Origin: Candidatus Latescibacterota bacterium
GTDB lineage: Bacteria; Latescibacterota; CBDEFO01
Length of the DNA: 64,000 nucleotides
NCBI GenBank assembly: GCA_965237525.1
Contig: CBDEFO010000006.1
Span: forward strand, 160,001 to 224,000
Direction of reading: 5' to 3'
This document shows positions 1 to 10,305 of the stretch, piece by piece. The notes under the pieces are model-generated. The model saw nothing but the letters and a program-made list of their open reading frames with translations, searched no databases and was not told the origin of the DNA. The stretch's first letter is position 1, and the number at the start of each line of letters is the position of its first letter. Both the position numbers and the translations under genes were made by a program.

Positions 1-1
1 T

Positions 2-2227
2 CCCCGTTCAGTATTCAGTATGGATTTAGATGGAGATGGGGATAATGATTTAGCTGTAGCTAATCAGTTCAGCGATAATGTGTCAGTGTTGTTGAATAAT
101 GGGGACGGGACATTTGCAGATAAGGTGGGATATGGCGTTGGAGCTTGGCCCTTTTCAGTCTTCATTGCAGATTTAGATGGAGATGCTGATAATGACCTGG
201 CTGTGGGTAATGGGGGTGGTCGTACTGTCTCAGTGTTGTTGAATCGCTCTATCATGCCACCCCCTCCTGTTGTCACATCTATTGATCCTGTTTCCGGTTT
301 GAAATTGGAAGCTACTCCTGTGACGATAGCAGGAAACAATTTTCAGACTGGGACAAGTGTTACTTTCAGAGATAGTGTAGCCTCAGATCTGGTCGTAGTA
401 AGAGATAGCCCAGCCACAAATGTGGTCGTAGTATCCGATACCATCATTACCGCAATAACTCATCATCATCCTGCTGGCACTGTGGATGTGATAGTCGCAA
501 ATCCCGATGGTCTGGCAGATACGCTCTTTAGTGGATTTCGGTTTATTAATCCTGGACCCAACATAACTGATGTATCCGTTTCCAGGGGAGTTGTTCCACT
601 TGCTGATCCTGTAGTTATCTTCGTTAACCTGACTGATGCCGACGGTGTAGATTCAGTCTATGTCAGAGTGTGGGATCGGGACGATACGACCTTTCCTCCT
701 GTGCATTTGGCACTCTTCGACGACGGTGTACACGATGACGGTGCTCTTGGGGATGGCCAGTGGGGTAGCGACCCCTGGTTTACACCTGATGACCACCCCA
801 GGTTTTTCTATGTGGACATCTGGGCGATAGACAATCTTGGCGCGGAGAGTCACATGGATAGCGTCGCCCAGTTTGAGACAGCCGACCCGACGATCTTTGT
901 GACTGTGGGAATGGGTGAAGAGATCGCAGGTCCCGGAGGACAGGCTTTAGTTCCTATATTTGCTCATGTTCTAGATGATAAAGATGTAGTATCAGGCGAG
1001 ATACTGATGCGTTTCGATCCAAACCTTGCGCAACTTATACAGGCATTCCCGGGTCCAGGACGGCACTTTCCCAGTGGTTTCGATTTTAACTCCCCTGAAC
1101 CTGGAAAAGCCATAACAGTCTTTGCCTCGACAACTCCGCTCTCTGATACACCAGAAGGTACCCTGGCTTTTGCGGTATTCCAAGTAAACTCCAGTGCACC
1201 GTTAGGCTCAAGGATCAATGTATCTGTAAATCAAGCGAACCTGAACGAGGGCTTTCCCCCTGTGACTTCGTTCGATGGAACTATCACAGTAGAGCTTGTA
1301 GGTGATGTCAGCAGGAACGGTGAGATCAGGGCTTTTGACGCCTCTTTAGCGCTCATGTGGTCAGTGACGACCAGGAACATACCAGTCGAGTTCTTCGGCG
1401 GCGATGCAGATCTTTTTCTTGCGATCTCTGATGTGACTCGCAACGGGGAAGTGGGTGCTTTTGACGCCGTTCGGATTCTCCAATTTTTGGTTAGCAAGAT
1501 CCCTGGACTTCCGTACCTAGGACCCGATGGCCTTGCGAAGGTGGCAGAGATCGAACCGCGCGCAGTCAGCATTTCAGAAGGCTTGGAAACATCCGAAAGG
1601 GGCATAAAAGTTTCTGTTTCCATAGACGATATGTCAGGTGTTCTCGGAGCAGATATATCCATAAGCTACGATGCATCGAAGTTGAAAGCAGTAGGTGTAT
1701 CTCCCTCAGATATGATGTCCCCGTTTATGTTCCAGAGCAACATTGAGGTTGACGAGGTAAAGATGGCCGCTGCCTCCGCAGAAGGAGTAGAAGGCGAAGG
1801 AGATATAGCCTACATCGAGTTTGAGATCTTACCTGGTGAGAGCCACGATTGGGGAGATGCCGTATTAAGGATTCAGGATGTCCAACTCAACGAGGGCTTA
1901 ATCCCCGCCGTAACCGAGCAGACAGAGCTATCGTTGGCTGTCATTCCCGAAGTCTACGCCCTTTCCCAGAACTATCCGAATCCGTTCAACCCTGAGACTG
2001 TGATCCATTACGATCTTCCTTTCCCAAGCCACGTTAAGCTATCTGTCTACAACATAATGGGACAAAAGGTTGCGACACTGGTGGATGGTGAAAGATCGGC
2101 TGGTAGTCACTCCATAGTATGGGATGGAAAAAATAATAAAGGAGAAAGTCTTGCCAGCGGAGTGTACCTGTATCGGATGGAGACAGAGGGATTTGTTCAG
2201 ACGAGGAAGCTGGTCTTGATGAGGTAG
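2..2227 (+). CDS. Secreted multidomain protein, 5'-partial: FG-GAP repeats, IPT/TIG, DDG-rich anchor-like segment, cohesin-like, dockerin-like, cohesin-like, C-terminal FlgD-Ig/T9SS-type tail
   Basis: Frame is open from the window edge. DLDGDGDNDLAVAN repeats, GTVDVIVANPDG (IPT), paired GDVSRNGEIRAFDAS/SDVTRNGEVGAFDAV dockerin-like loops, and a LSQNYPNPFNP...GVYLYRM...TRKLVLMR tail. Confidence 0.85.
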   Translation, partial: PRSVFSMDLDGDGDNDLAVANQFSDNVSVLLNNGDGTFADKVGYGVGAWPFSVFIADLDGDADNDLAVGNGGGRTVSVLLNRSIMPPPPVVTSIDPVSGLKLEATPVTIAGNNFQTGTSVTFRDSVASDLVVVRDSPATNVVVVSDTIITAITHHHPAGTVDVIVANPDGLADTLFSGFRFINPGPNITDVSVSRGVVPLADPVVIFVNLTDADGVDSVYVRVWDRDDTTFPPVHLALFDDGVHDDGALGDGQWGSDPWFTPDDHPRFFYVDIWAIDNLGAESHMDSVAQFETADPTIFVTVGMGEEIAGPGGQALVPIFAHVLDDKDVVSGEILMRFDPNLAQLIQAFPGPGRHFPSGFDFNSPEPGKAITVFASTTPLSDTPEGTLAFAVFQVNSSAPLGSRINVSVNQANLNEGFPPVTSFDGTITVELVGDVSRNGEIRAFDASLALMWSVTTRNIPVEFFGGDADLFLAISDVTRNGEVGAFDAVRILQFLVSKIPGLPYLGPDGLAKVAEIEPRAVSISEGLETSERGIKVSVSIDDMSGVLGADISISYDASKLKAVGVSPSDMMSPFMFQSNIEVDEVKMAAASAEGVEGEGDIAYIEFEILPGESHDWGDAVLRIQDVQLNEGLIPAVTEQTELSLAVIPEVYALSQNYPNPFNPETVIHYDLPFPSHVKLSVYNIMGQKVATLVDGERSAGSHSIVWDGKNNKGESLASGVYLYRMETEGFVQTRKLVLMR

Positions 2228-2317
2228 GATCCTCGCCAGTGGACAGATAACCGACTTGGCAGACTTTCTCTATGGTGCGTGATGGATTCTGGCTCAAATC
2301 AGTAGGAGGCTAGATCT

Positions 2318-3286
2318 ATGGAAAGGATCCGACTCGGGATTGTGGGTTCCGGCGGGATGGCAACCAGGAGGATGACCGCATTTTCCCGCCTGGCTGGATG
2401 TGAGATGGTCGCCCTTGCCGCTCGCAACCCGGAGACAGGACCCCCGCTGGCCGAACGCTACGGTCTAGCCCTGCTCACCGACTGGCGGGATCTCGTAGCG
2501 CGGGAGGATGTGGACGCCGTAGTCATCTGCACCCACAACGAGAGCCACGGTCCTATGGCGCTTGCGGCGCTTGAAGCCGGAAAGCACGTGTTGCTGGAGT
2601 ACCCGCTCGCCCGTCATCTGAAGGAAGGGGAACGGCTGGTGGATCTGGCCCGAACCTCCGGATGTGTCCTGAGGGTAGCTCACGATGAGACCCTCTCGGC
2701 GGTACACCAGAGTCTCAAAGAGGAGGTCAACTCCCTGGGAGACCTGCTGACAGCGGTCTTTGTGCGGCTGACGCCGGGTCGAGGATCGGACACGTTGTTC
2801 AATCTGAACATTTCGGGGCCGCCTGTGCTCTTTTTCATCTACCACATCTATCCGCTGGTGGACCTCTTCGGGCCTGCCGCATGGGTGGAGGGCCACGCGG
2901 AATACGTGGGATTGAACCAAGCAGGGCGCTACGAGCGGTTTGTCAATACCGCGACCGTAGGATTCGCGCAGGGAGGCTCGGGCCACTGGACCTGGGCCGG
3001 CGGCATTGCGATCCAGGAGGCAGAAGAGTTTCAGAGACTTGTGCTGGCGGGCGGCACCCTGATCCGTCGCGATGGGCGCTGGTGTCGGTCTACTCCTGAG
3101 GGCCTGGAGGAACTTCAGGTCTCCCGGGAGGATGGTCATTCCCTCGAAGCCCTCTTCTTGGAGGAGATCAGGGGGGGCCAGACGCTCTGGCGCGAGGATA
3201 TGCATCAAGCGCTCGAGGCGATCCGCATCAGCCTGGCAGCCGAAGCGTCGGCCCGGGAGGGCCAGCGGGTCTTTCTATCCTCATAA
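2318..3286 (+). CDS. Gfo/Idh/MocA family oxidoreductase
   Basis: N-terminal IGIVGSGGMA Rossmann motif, VDAVVICT, AGKHVLLEYP; GGAGG RBS upstream. Confidence 0.88.
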   Translation: MERIRLGIVGSGGMATRRMTAFSRLAGCEMVALAARNPETGPPLAERYGLALLTDWRDLVAREDVDAVVICTHNESHGPMALAALEAGKHVLLEYPLARHLKEGERLVDLARTSGCVLRVAHDETLSAVHQSLKEEVNSLGDLLTAVFVRLTPGRGSDTLFNLNISGPPVLFFIYHIYPLVDLFGPAAWVEGHAEYVGLNQAGRYERFVNTATVGFAQGGSGHWTWAGGIAIQEAEEFQRLVLAGGTLIRRDGRWCRSTPEGLEELQVSREDGHSLEALFLEEIRGGQTLWREDMHQALEAIRISLAAEASAREGQRVFLSS

Positions 3287-3383
3287 GGTGAGATAAGGAC
3301 GGAAGAGCTGAAAGAGCCCTTTAACATTTAGGGGGTTGACTCTTAAGAAAATCCTAGCAAATGTTGAAATGGAGGTTCCTCCG

Positions 3384-4613
3384 ATGAAAAAAGGTTTTCT
3401 CAACTTCCCACGCCTGTCCCCGGTCCCCGATAGACTCAATCGGGGATCAATCAGGGACTTGTTCATGGACGTTGTGGCTATCATGTTAGCGCTCTCCCTA
3501 TCCAGCAGCGTTTCCGCCGACCCGATCCGGGGGGAAGTGCCGCAGACCGTGGCCGACATTTTCCACCCAGAAGTGGAAGGGGTCAGCGTCGAAACCTGGG
3601 TGGACAATCTGCAGATCCCCTGGTCTCTGGTTTTCCTGCCAAACGGTGATGCCCTTCTTTCGGAGCGGCGCGGTCGGATTCAACGTATTCCCCGCGGCCA
3701 CAACCAGCCGCAGCTTTATATCAAGCTCGACGAAGTAGCCCACGTCGGAGATGGGGGGCTCATGGGATTGGCTCTGCATCCCCAATTTACACAGCATCCC
3801 TATATTTACGCCATGCATAGCTATCGAAAGGATGACCAACTGTTCAATCGTCTCATTCGCCTGCGCGATCACGGTGATACGGGTGTTTTTGACAGCGTCA
3901 TTCTGGACAACATACCCGGTCACACTTATCATATTGGCGGCAGGATTGGATTTGGTCCGGATGGGATGCTCTATATCGGGACGGGCGATCTCTTGAACCC
4001 GCCGCTCTCCCAGGACCTAAACTCATGGGCAGGAAAGATTCTTCGCATCACGCCGGATGGGCAGATTCCGAAGGATAACCCCTTCCCCGGCTCCCCGATC
4101 TTTTCCTATGGGCACCGCGTTGTGCAGGGTTTGGCCTGGGATCCCGAAACCGGCATCTTGTTTAACTCAGAACACGGACCGTCTGATGAATGGCCGGGCG
4201 TCCTACATCGCGACGAAATCAACATCGTTCAGAAAGGAGCCAACTACGGCTGGCCCAATGTCGTCGGCGCGCCCCGCATTGCTGAATACAGGGATCCCAT
4301 CGCGATATGGAAAAAAGCCTCTGTCCCTCCCGCCGGAATGACCTTTTACCGCGGTGACCTCTTCATTGCCACGTTGCGCAGTCAAGCACTTATTCGCATC
4401 CAGTTTGAGGACGATAACGAAGACTATAAGGTGACGAATATCGAACGCTGGTTCGCTCGCGACCCGAAGAACGGATTCTACGGACGTCTACGTGACGTCA
4501 CCGTTGGACCGGACGGCCATCTCTACGTTTTGACCAGCAACACCGATGGACGAGCCGAATTGCGTCCAAACGATGACAAGATTCTACGCCTGAAGTTTGA
4601 GACCCCAGAATAA
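3384..4613 (+). CDS. PQQ-dependent sugar (glucose/sorbosone) dehydrogenase, copy 1
   Basis: GDGGLMGLALHP, HIGGRIGFGPDGMLYIGTGD, YGHRVVQGLAW, EHGP, NYGWP, GRLRDV motifs. Start placed at ATG 3384 after GGAGG. Confidence 0.9.
   Translation: MKKGFLNFPRLSPVPDRLNRGSIRDLFMDVVAIMLALSLSSSVSADPIRGEVPQTVADIFHPEVEGVSVETWVDNLQIPWSLVFLPNGDALLSERRGRIQRIPRGHNQPQLYIKLDEVAHVGDGGLMGLALHPQFTQHPYIYAMHSYRKDDQLFNRLIRLRDHGDTGVFDSVILDNIPGHTYHIGGRIGFGPDGMLYIGTGDLLNPPLSQDLNSWAGKILRITPDGQIPKDNPFPGSPIFSYGHRVVQGLAWDPETGILFNSEHGPSDEWPGVLHRDEINIVQKGANYGWPNVVGAPRIAEYRDPIAIWKKASVPPAGMTFYRGDLFIATLRSQALIRIQFEDDNEDYKVTNIERWFARDPKNGFYGRLRDVTVGPDGHLYVLTSNTDGRAELRPNDDKILRLKFETPE
3412..3456. repeat. 45-bp nested palindromic element inserted in frame in the signal-peptide coding region
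   Basis: Contains TCCCCGATAGACTCAATCGGGGA (3424-3446); absent from the paralogs at 24532-25716 and 25917-27080. Confidence 0.8.
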
Positions 4614-4933
4614 GAGGAAGAACGTGTTCGACAGACAAATAGGGTGTGTTGGCTTCGCTGTCTATAGATGGGATTAAGTCAGGCAAGGTTGAGTTTACGG
4701 CGCAGCATACATGCTCGCTCGGAATGGTCAAAAATCGCTGCGAATAGCCGGAAATCGAATGGCCTTTGGTGCAGGGTATTACATGGATTTAAAATCACGG
4801 GAACTGAAAGTCAAGGGCTAATATGCTGAGACACCGGCAGTGATCTTTCAGCAGAGGGCTGCATATCCGAACGTCGGATATCGCACCGAAATGCAGAGAT
4901 CTGAGAGATATTAACGATTGGGAGGTGTAACCA

Positions 4934-5854
4934 ATGAATTTAGAAGAATTTAAAGCGAGGTTGAAGGGGATTTACCCACCCATAGCCACAGCACTTACAG
5001 AGGATGAGGAATTCGATGAGCAGGGAATGAGACGCGTGATTCGGTATCTATTGGATGCTGGAGTGCATGGACTCTTCCTGCTGGGGTCAACTGGGGAGTC
5101 TGCGACCTTCACGACCGATGAGCGTCAACGGATTATAGAGGTAGTAGTAGATGAAGTAAGCGGCAAGGTTCCGGTCATGGCAAACGCAACTGATATCGGC
5201 ACCAAGAAGACAATAGAGAATGCCAGGATCGCCGCAGATTCAGGAGCAGATGCCATCATTCTCATGGCGCCATACTATTTTGCGCATACAGCGCCGGAGG
5301 TGATAAGCCATTTCAGGCATGTTCTGTCAGCCGTGGATTTGCCGATATTCATGTATAACTACCCATTTACCACGAATTTCAACATGACGCCAGACTTTGT
5401 GGGGCAATTAGCCGAGGAGGACAGGATTGTAGGGATAAAGGACAGCAGCAACGACTTCGAGCAGTTTCAGGAGCTGCTGCGAATGTTTAGAGGTTCGCAA
5501 GATTTCAAGGTCTTCCAGGGGGAGGAGTCTCAACTTGCTGCCAGCATTCTTCTGGGTGCGGATGGAGCGGTGATGACCGCAAATAATGTGGCGCCGAAGC
5601 TGTCTGTGGAGATATATGAGGCGGCATCTGCCGGCGACATCCAGAAGGCATCTCTTCTGCAGGACAAGTTGATGACTGCCTTTGATATCCTACAGGTCTC
5701 TGGAACGTTGACATCTGGATCGGCTATCGGCGGAGTTAAAGCGGCTCTTTCTTGCCTTGGGATCTGCGGCCCCACAGTTAAGAGGCCTTTCCTGCCTCTT
5801 GCAGACCAGGAAGTAAACAAGATCAAGAGGATCTTAGAAGTGGTCTCGGCTTGA
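4934..5854 (+). CDS. Dihydrodipicolinate synthase (DapA/NanA) family aldolase
   Basis: GSTGE motif, MYNYP, IVGIKDSS Schiff-base lysine. Confidence 0.9.
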   Translation: MNLEEFKARLKGIYPPIATALTEDEEFDEQGMRRVIRYLLDAGVHGLFLLGSTGESATFTTDERQRIIEVVVDEVSGKVPVMANATDIGTKKTIENARIAADSGADAIILMAPYYFAHTAPEVISHFRHVLSAVDLPIFMYNYPFTTNFNMTPDFVGQLAEEDRIVGIKDSSNDFEQFQELLRMFRGSQDFKVFQGEESQLAASILLGADGAVMTANNVAPKLSVEIYEAASAGDIQKASLLQDKLMTAFDILQVSGTLTSGSAIGGVKAALSCLGICGPTVKRPFLPLADQEVNKIKRILEVVSA

Positions 5855-6336
5855 TCTCGCTCTGCCCTGAGAAGGGCAAAAGCCTGCGCAAGGCTCCCTG
5901 TCGGGGACTGTCATAGGAGCCTAAAATCATAAGCTGAGAGAATAGTCCAGGCTTGGGCCGTCAGCTTGATTGATCCCCCATCCCCAGTTAAATCGGGGTT
6001 CAATCGGAGACCTACCGGTAAGGTCTACACATACGGACGGTGACGAAGATTCCATCTTACATTTACATTTCTGCTGCAGGGCAGGACTGGACCCCCTTTG
6101 CATCCGGGGTATAGACTACAACCAGACTTCGTACTTGCGCAGGCTTGGGGCAGGATGTACTTGGAAGTTGAGCATGTTGAACATCGGCGTTGTCGGGGAC
6201 GCTCATACCGTGGCGTTCGCCCGATTGATAAACGTGGAGAAGAGAATCCGCGGGGTGCGGGTGAGCCATGTATGGGGGGAAACTGCGTCTCAGGCGCGGG
6301 CGGCAGCGGCAGACGGCCAGATTCCCCATATCGTTA

Positions 6337-7857
6337 AAAGCCTTGTGAAATAGTTATGTCCCAGGCAGCGTCTGAAGCGCCGATTATGGGTCAAAGAGTA
6401 GCATATCGTATCGTTTTGCTGTGGAATAAGCAAAATAGTCTTATCAGAGTTCTGGTCAGCAAGGAACAGGAGCTGTTTGAAGAACAGGATGCACTGTCTT
6501 TGACAGACAGGGCACACATAGACGCTTTCCCCCTTCTTATGAAAGATACAAGCCTCTTGAGATTCTGTACTGTTGCAACAAGATTCAACTGTTCATTCAG
6601 TGAGGCTGGTCCTCTATAACGGGCTCGTCCCATACCGTGTTGTTGCCTGGCTTCAGCAAAGATATGTTCACTGCGTTTACGGAGTCTCCGGGAGAGTTTG
6701 TAGTCAGCTGTTAATGAGATAGACCGTGCATGATTTCTGGCTTTCGCCTCTCGCACTTTTCTATCCCGTTCGGCCTGAATATGTGCTGAATTTGTCTTGT
6801 TTTTCCATGTAGGAATCGGTTCAATCTTCTCATCGGCTCGCAGAGGAATATGGGGTATGATTCCCCGGTCAAGCACATCAGCGATAAAATTACCAGAACC
6901 GTAACCGGTATCGGCACTAAGTGTCTGAATGTCTTTGGGCATGGTGTATGTTTCAAGGTCATCTACCATCTTAAGGGCACTTTCGGGCTCTGCTGTCCCT
7001 GTCGCCTGCGTGCCCTGAGTCTCAAGGATTACTCTGCTTTTTGTGTCGATCAGATCATGGCCCATAAACGAGAGAAAAGCCCCTTTGCCCTTCGATTTGC
7101 TGTGTAAGCGCGCGTCAGGGTCTGTAGTCGAACGGTGTGTTTGGTTCGTCCACTTTTCACCATGAAAGTCTTTATCCTGAGGATGCCCGGACCTACCCTT
7201 TGTCTTATCACCTTCAAAACCGATTCCCTTGAGATAATCATCAAGAGAAACAGGGGGTTCTATCGGCTCAATACTTTTCACTGAAGCATCAGCTTGTATC
7301 TGAGTGCCGTCGACACTAAGGTGTTTACCGCTCACAAGACCGACATCTATGCAACACTGGACTACCTGACGCATTATCCGTTCAAACAACCCACTGGATG
7401 CCCACTTGTGATTGCGAAGCTTGTTGATCGTGCTCCTATCCGGAACCGCATCATCAAATGTCTGATGACAAAACAACCGATATGCCGCATGCATCCCCAC
7501 TTCCTGACAGAGCCGATTCTCACTCAAATTATACAGATAGCCAATAAGGATCATTCGAACAACTAATTCAGGATCAATACCGGGTCTGCCATTGTCAGGG
7601 CAATAACAATCTGATACAACGTCTCGTACAAATGAAAAATCAACTGCCTCATCAATCTGACGAAGGATATGATCCTCGGGAACTAAATCCTCCATCTGAA
7701 AATAGTGAAACATCGGATTTGTCTGTTCCTGCTTTTGTGGGGTCATTGTTTCCTCCATGTATAATATTATCAATAACATAATATAATACATCGGAACTGC
7801 TTTATCAATGCTTGTTCTATACTATTTTCTGAATCTAAGGGTTTTTCACAAGGCTTT
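6337..7857 (-). mobile_element. Insertion sequence, IS1182 family, copy 1 (1521 bp)
   Basis: Terminal inverted repeats AAAGCCTTGTGAAA / TTTCACAAGGCTTT, flanking TA duplication, near-identical copy at 60296-61816. Confidence 0.92.
6391..7746 (-). CDS. IS1182 family DDE transposase
   Basis: LVPEDHILRQID, GRPGIDP, PDRSTI, SVDGTQIQADAS, STTDPDARL, ADTGYGS, RKRSEHIFAE motifs. Start at MTPQ after GGAGG. Confidence 0.9.
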   Translation of the reverse strand: MTPQKQEQTNPMFHYFQMEDLVPEDHILRQIDEAVDFSFVRDVVSDCYCPDNGRPGIDPELVVRMILIGYLYNLSENRLCQEVGMHAAYRLFCHQTFDDAVPDRSTINKLRNHKWASSGLFERIMRQVVQCCIDVGLVSGKHLSVDGTQIQADASVKSIEPIEPPVSLDDYLKGIGFEGDKTKGRSGHPQDKDFHGEKWTNQTHRSTTDPDARLHSKSKGKGAFLSFMGHDLIDTKSRVILETQGTQATGTAEPESALKMVDDLETYTMPKDIQTLSADTGYGSGNFIADVLDRGIIPHIPLRADEKIEPIPTWKNKTNSAHIQAERDRKVREAKARNHARSISLTADYKLSRRLRKRSEHIFAEARQQHGMGRARYRGPASLNEQLNLVATVQNLKRLVSFIRRGKASMCALSVKDSASCSSNSSCSLLTRTLIRLFCLFHSKTIRYATL

Positions 7858-8776
7858 TAAGGAGCCCGAGGACTTGATTGGGGTGATAGACGCCGCTGTG
7901 GTGACCCACGTCCACGGGAAGTACCACTTGCAGGCGGCCAAGCCCCTACTGGAAGCCGGGATGCCGCTCTTCATCGACAAGCCGTTCTGCTGTAGCAGGT
8001 CCGGGGCCAAGCGCTTCCTGGCGCGGGCAGCCCAACTGGGGGTGCCAATCTGCTCCTTTTCGGTGATGCCCTTGCAGTCGTCCTTTTTGGATTTGAAAAA
8101 GCAGGTGCGCAAGCTGGGAGAGATATACGCAGTGGTCTCTACCGGACCCTGCGATATCAAGTCTAAGCATGGAGGAATCTTCTTCTACGGTATCCACCAG
8201 GTGGAGATGATCCTGGAACTGGTCGGACGCGAGGTGAGCTATGCACAAATCGGCAAGGGGACCGGGAAACATCACGTGGCCACTCTGGCCTTCAAAGACG
8301 GAAAGCTGGCCACCATGAACCTGATCGGGAAGGAAGCAGCTTTCCATTTGAGCGTCATCGGCCAAAAAGGCCGCATCGACCGGAGGATTGACCCTGACGA
8401 GAGCATGTTCCTTCCGGGAGTTCGCTCCTTTGTGCGCATGTTCAGGACCGGCAAAACTGATCAGACCGCGGAGACTCTGCTGGCACCGCTGGCGGTTCTG
8501 GAGGCGCTGGAAAAGTCCATTGCCCGCAAAGGGCAGGGTCAGAGTCTCCCTCCTAATGTAAATCACGGCTGAATCGCACTGACGCCGATCCAGTTGCTTA
8601 CCCAGTCGCTTACATGAAACACGTAATGCCGAAGCCGGGGGAACTGAGGAGCTTGGGAGCCTTCTTTCCCAGAGGAAATCTTGACATGCAAGACTTAGCC
8701 AGGGGAAGAATAGATACCTGTGTGCGCAGAGGCTTGGCCCAAAGAGGCGCTCAGGACTTAAAGAAAGGAAACAACC

Positions 8777-9895
8777 ATGCAAGTTGAAGTCCTTCACGAC
8801 CGGAGCGTTTCGCCTTCCGAGGAGCTCACCTGCGCCTACCCGTTGACCACGCTGGGCGCCGACGGCTCCATCGTCTGCCTCTACCGGCGCGGCCAGGAGA
8901 AGCACTCCTACGACGGCGTCCTGGTGTCACAGCGCTCGACCGACCTGGGAAGGACCTGGTCCGATCCAGTGACTGTCTTTGCGGGACAACACCTGAATCC
9001 GCCTCAGGCGGCCGTCAGCGGGGGTCTCTGCAAGTGCGGCGACGGTTCGTTGTTAGCTGTCATTGGAATCGTGGAGGTCACCAGACCGGATGTCTACATC
9101 TTCAGCGAGGAAGGCTTTACTCAGCGCCGCCTCTTGGCCATGGTCAAGAGCACGGATGGCGGCCGCTCGTGGAACCCGTGCAAGTACGTGGATATAGCTG
9201 CCCCGGGCAAACCCTTCGGCGCCTCCAAACCCTTGCTCCTCGACGACTGCCGGATCTTCTTTCCCGGGGAGCACCGCCACGAAGGGGGCCAGTTGGGCAT
9301 GTGCGCCAGCTTCTCCTCCGACCACGGGGAGTCCCTCGAACCGGTGCACGACTGCATCGTCGATCCCACTGCTCAGCTGAGCCTGTGCGATGCCCGTTTC
9401 GCCCTGTTTGACGACGGCCAGATGCTGGCCCTGCTATGGACCTTCCGCCAGAGCGACGAGCAGACCGTGGAGGTGCACCGCTCTGTGTCCGACGACCAGG
9501 GCCGCACCTGGTCTGAAGCCCGTCCAGTCGGCCACCTCGGCCAGATCACGGCGCCACTCGTCGTAGCTGGCGACAGCGTAATAGCGGCCAGCAATTACCG
9601 CTGGCCTCCCCAGGGTATCCGCCTCTGGCAGTCACGGGACAGAGGGGAGACCTGGCCGGTGGGGGAGTCCCTGCAGATGTGGGACGCGGATCAAAAGCAG
9701 ATGCTGGCCCAACCCCTGCAGGTGGGCGAGCAGAGCCAAAACGACAGCGTGTGGGACGCCCTGCCCGGATTCACCTTCGGCACCCCGGATCTGACAGCCC
9801 TGCCCGACGGTACTGTACTCCTGACTTACTACGCCGAGATTGACGGCTTAGCCCAGGTCAGAGCATGCCGCTTCACTGAAAGAGACAGGCAATGA
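8777..9895 (+). CDS. BNR/Asp-box repeat (sialidase-like) glycosidase
   Basis: Repeated SxDxGxTW boxes (STDLGRTW, STDGGRSW, SDDQGRTW, SRDRGETW) and a C-terminal FGTP...YY. Confidence 0.82.
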   Translation: MQVEVLHDRSVSPSEELTCAYPLTTLGADGSIVCLYRRGQEKHSYDGVLVSQRSTDLGRTWSDPVTVFAGQHLNPPQAAVSGGLCKCGDGSLLAVIGIVEVTRPDVYIFSEEGFTQRRLLAMVKSTDGGRSWNPCKYVDIAAPGKPFGASKPLLLDDCRIFFPGEHRHEGGQLGMCASFSSDHGESLEPVHDCIVDPTAQLSLCDARFALFDDGQMLALLWTFRQSDEQTVEVHRSVSDDQGRTWSEARPVGHLGQITAPLVVAGDSVIAASNYRWPPQGIRLWQSRDRGETWPVGESLQMWDADQKQMLAQPLQVGEQSQNDSVWDALPGFTFGTPDLTALPDGTVLLTYYAEIDGLAQVRACRFTERDRQ

Positions 9896-10002
9896 AGGTC
9901 ACCGAGATGGAAGTCCGCGAGACTCCTCTCGGATTCCTGGACTGGCACGCCTACCAGCTTGACCACCAGTTCCAGTGGCGCGAGCGCGCCTTGATGAAAT
10001 AA
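9892..10002 (+). pseudogene. Truncated N-terminus resembling mandelate racemase/enolase superfamily proteins
   Basis: ATGA overlap with the upstream stop. MKVTEMEVRE... stops after 36 codons, just before the repeat at 10012. Confidence 0.4.
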
Positions 10003-10011
10003 ACTTCAGAG

Positions 10012-10180
10012 CCCTTGTCAAAAAAGCTCACAGAGTATTCAAAATATATCGATTAGACGGCAATGACGATTCTATCTTTGGTCATTTACAAGAGTGCTAC
10101 TTTAACAGAAATGGCAGTCTACAATGATTTTGCACTGAGGGTTTTCATTGACATCCATCATTTTCTTTCTTATCTTCTTT
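10012..10180 (+). repeat. Imperfect direct repeat of about 170 bp, copy A (promoter-like)
   Basis: Shares CTCACAGAGTATT, TATCTTTGGTC, CTACTTT, ATTGACATCC and TTATCTTC in the same order as 11562-11733. Confidence 0.7.
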
Positions 10181-10305
10181 GGCAAGTTTATACAGTCTGT
10201 ATATAATCCCTACAAAACTTACGATCATCATGACTTAACAGAAAAATAGTTTTGATTTTACTGGGAGGCCCCCGATGAAGTGCCTCAAGAGAAAGGAGGA
10301 CGCTC

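Larger units (their letters stand above)
6174..8572 (+). pseudogene. Gfo/Idh/MocA oxidoreductase interrupted by an IS1182-family element
   Basis: MLNIGVVG... up to 6336 rejoins in frame with KEPEDLIGVIDAAVV...LFIDKPF from 7860 when the IS and one TA are removed. Confidence 0.88.

Noticed and set aside
5970..6353. 127-aa ORF as an independent gene
   Set aside because: It is intergenic repeat sequence read into the N-terminal piece of the IS-split oxidoreductase, which starts at 6174.
7946..8905. Long antisense ORFs (this one, 2465-3208, 26153-26980, 56655-57266 and similar)
   Set aside because: They shadow well-supported genes and show no recognisable motifs.
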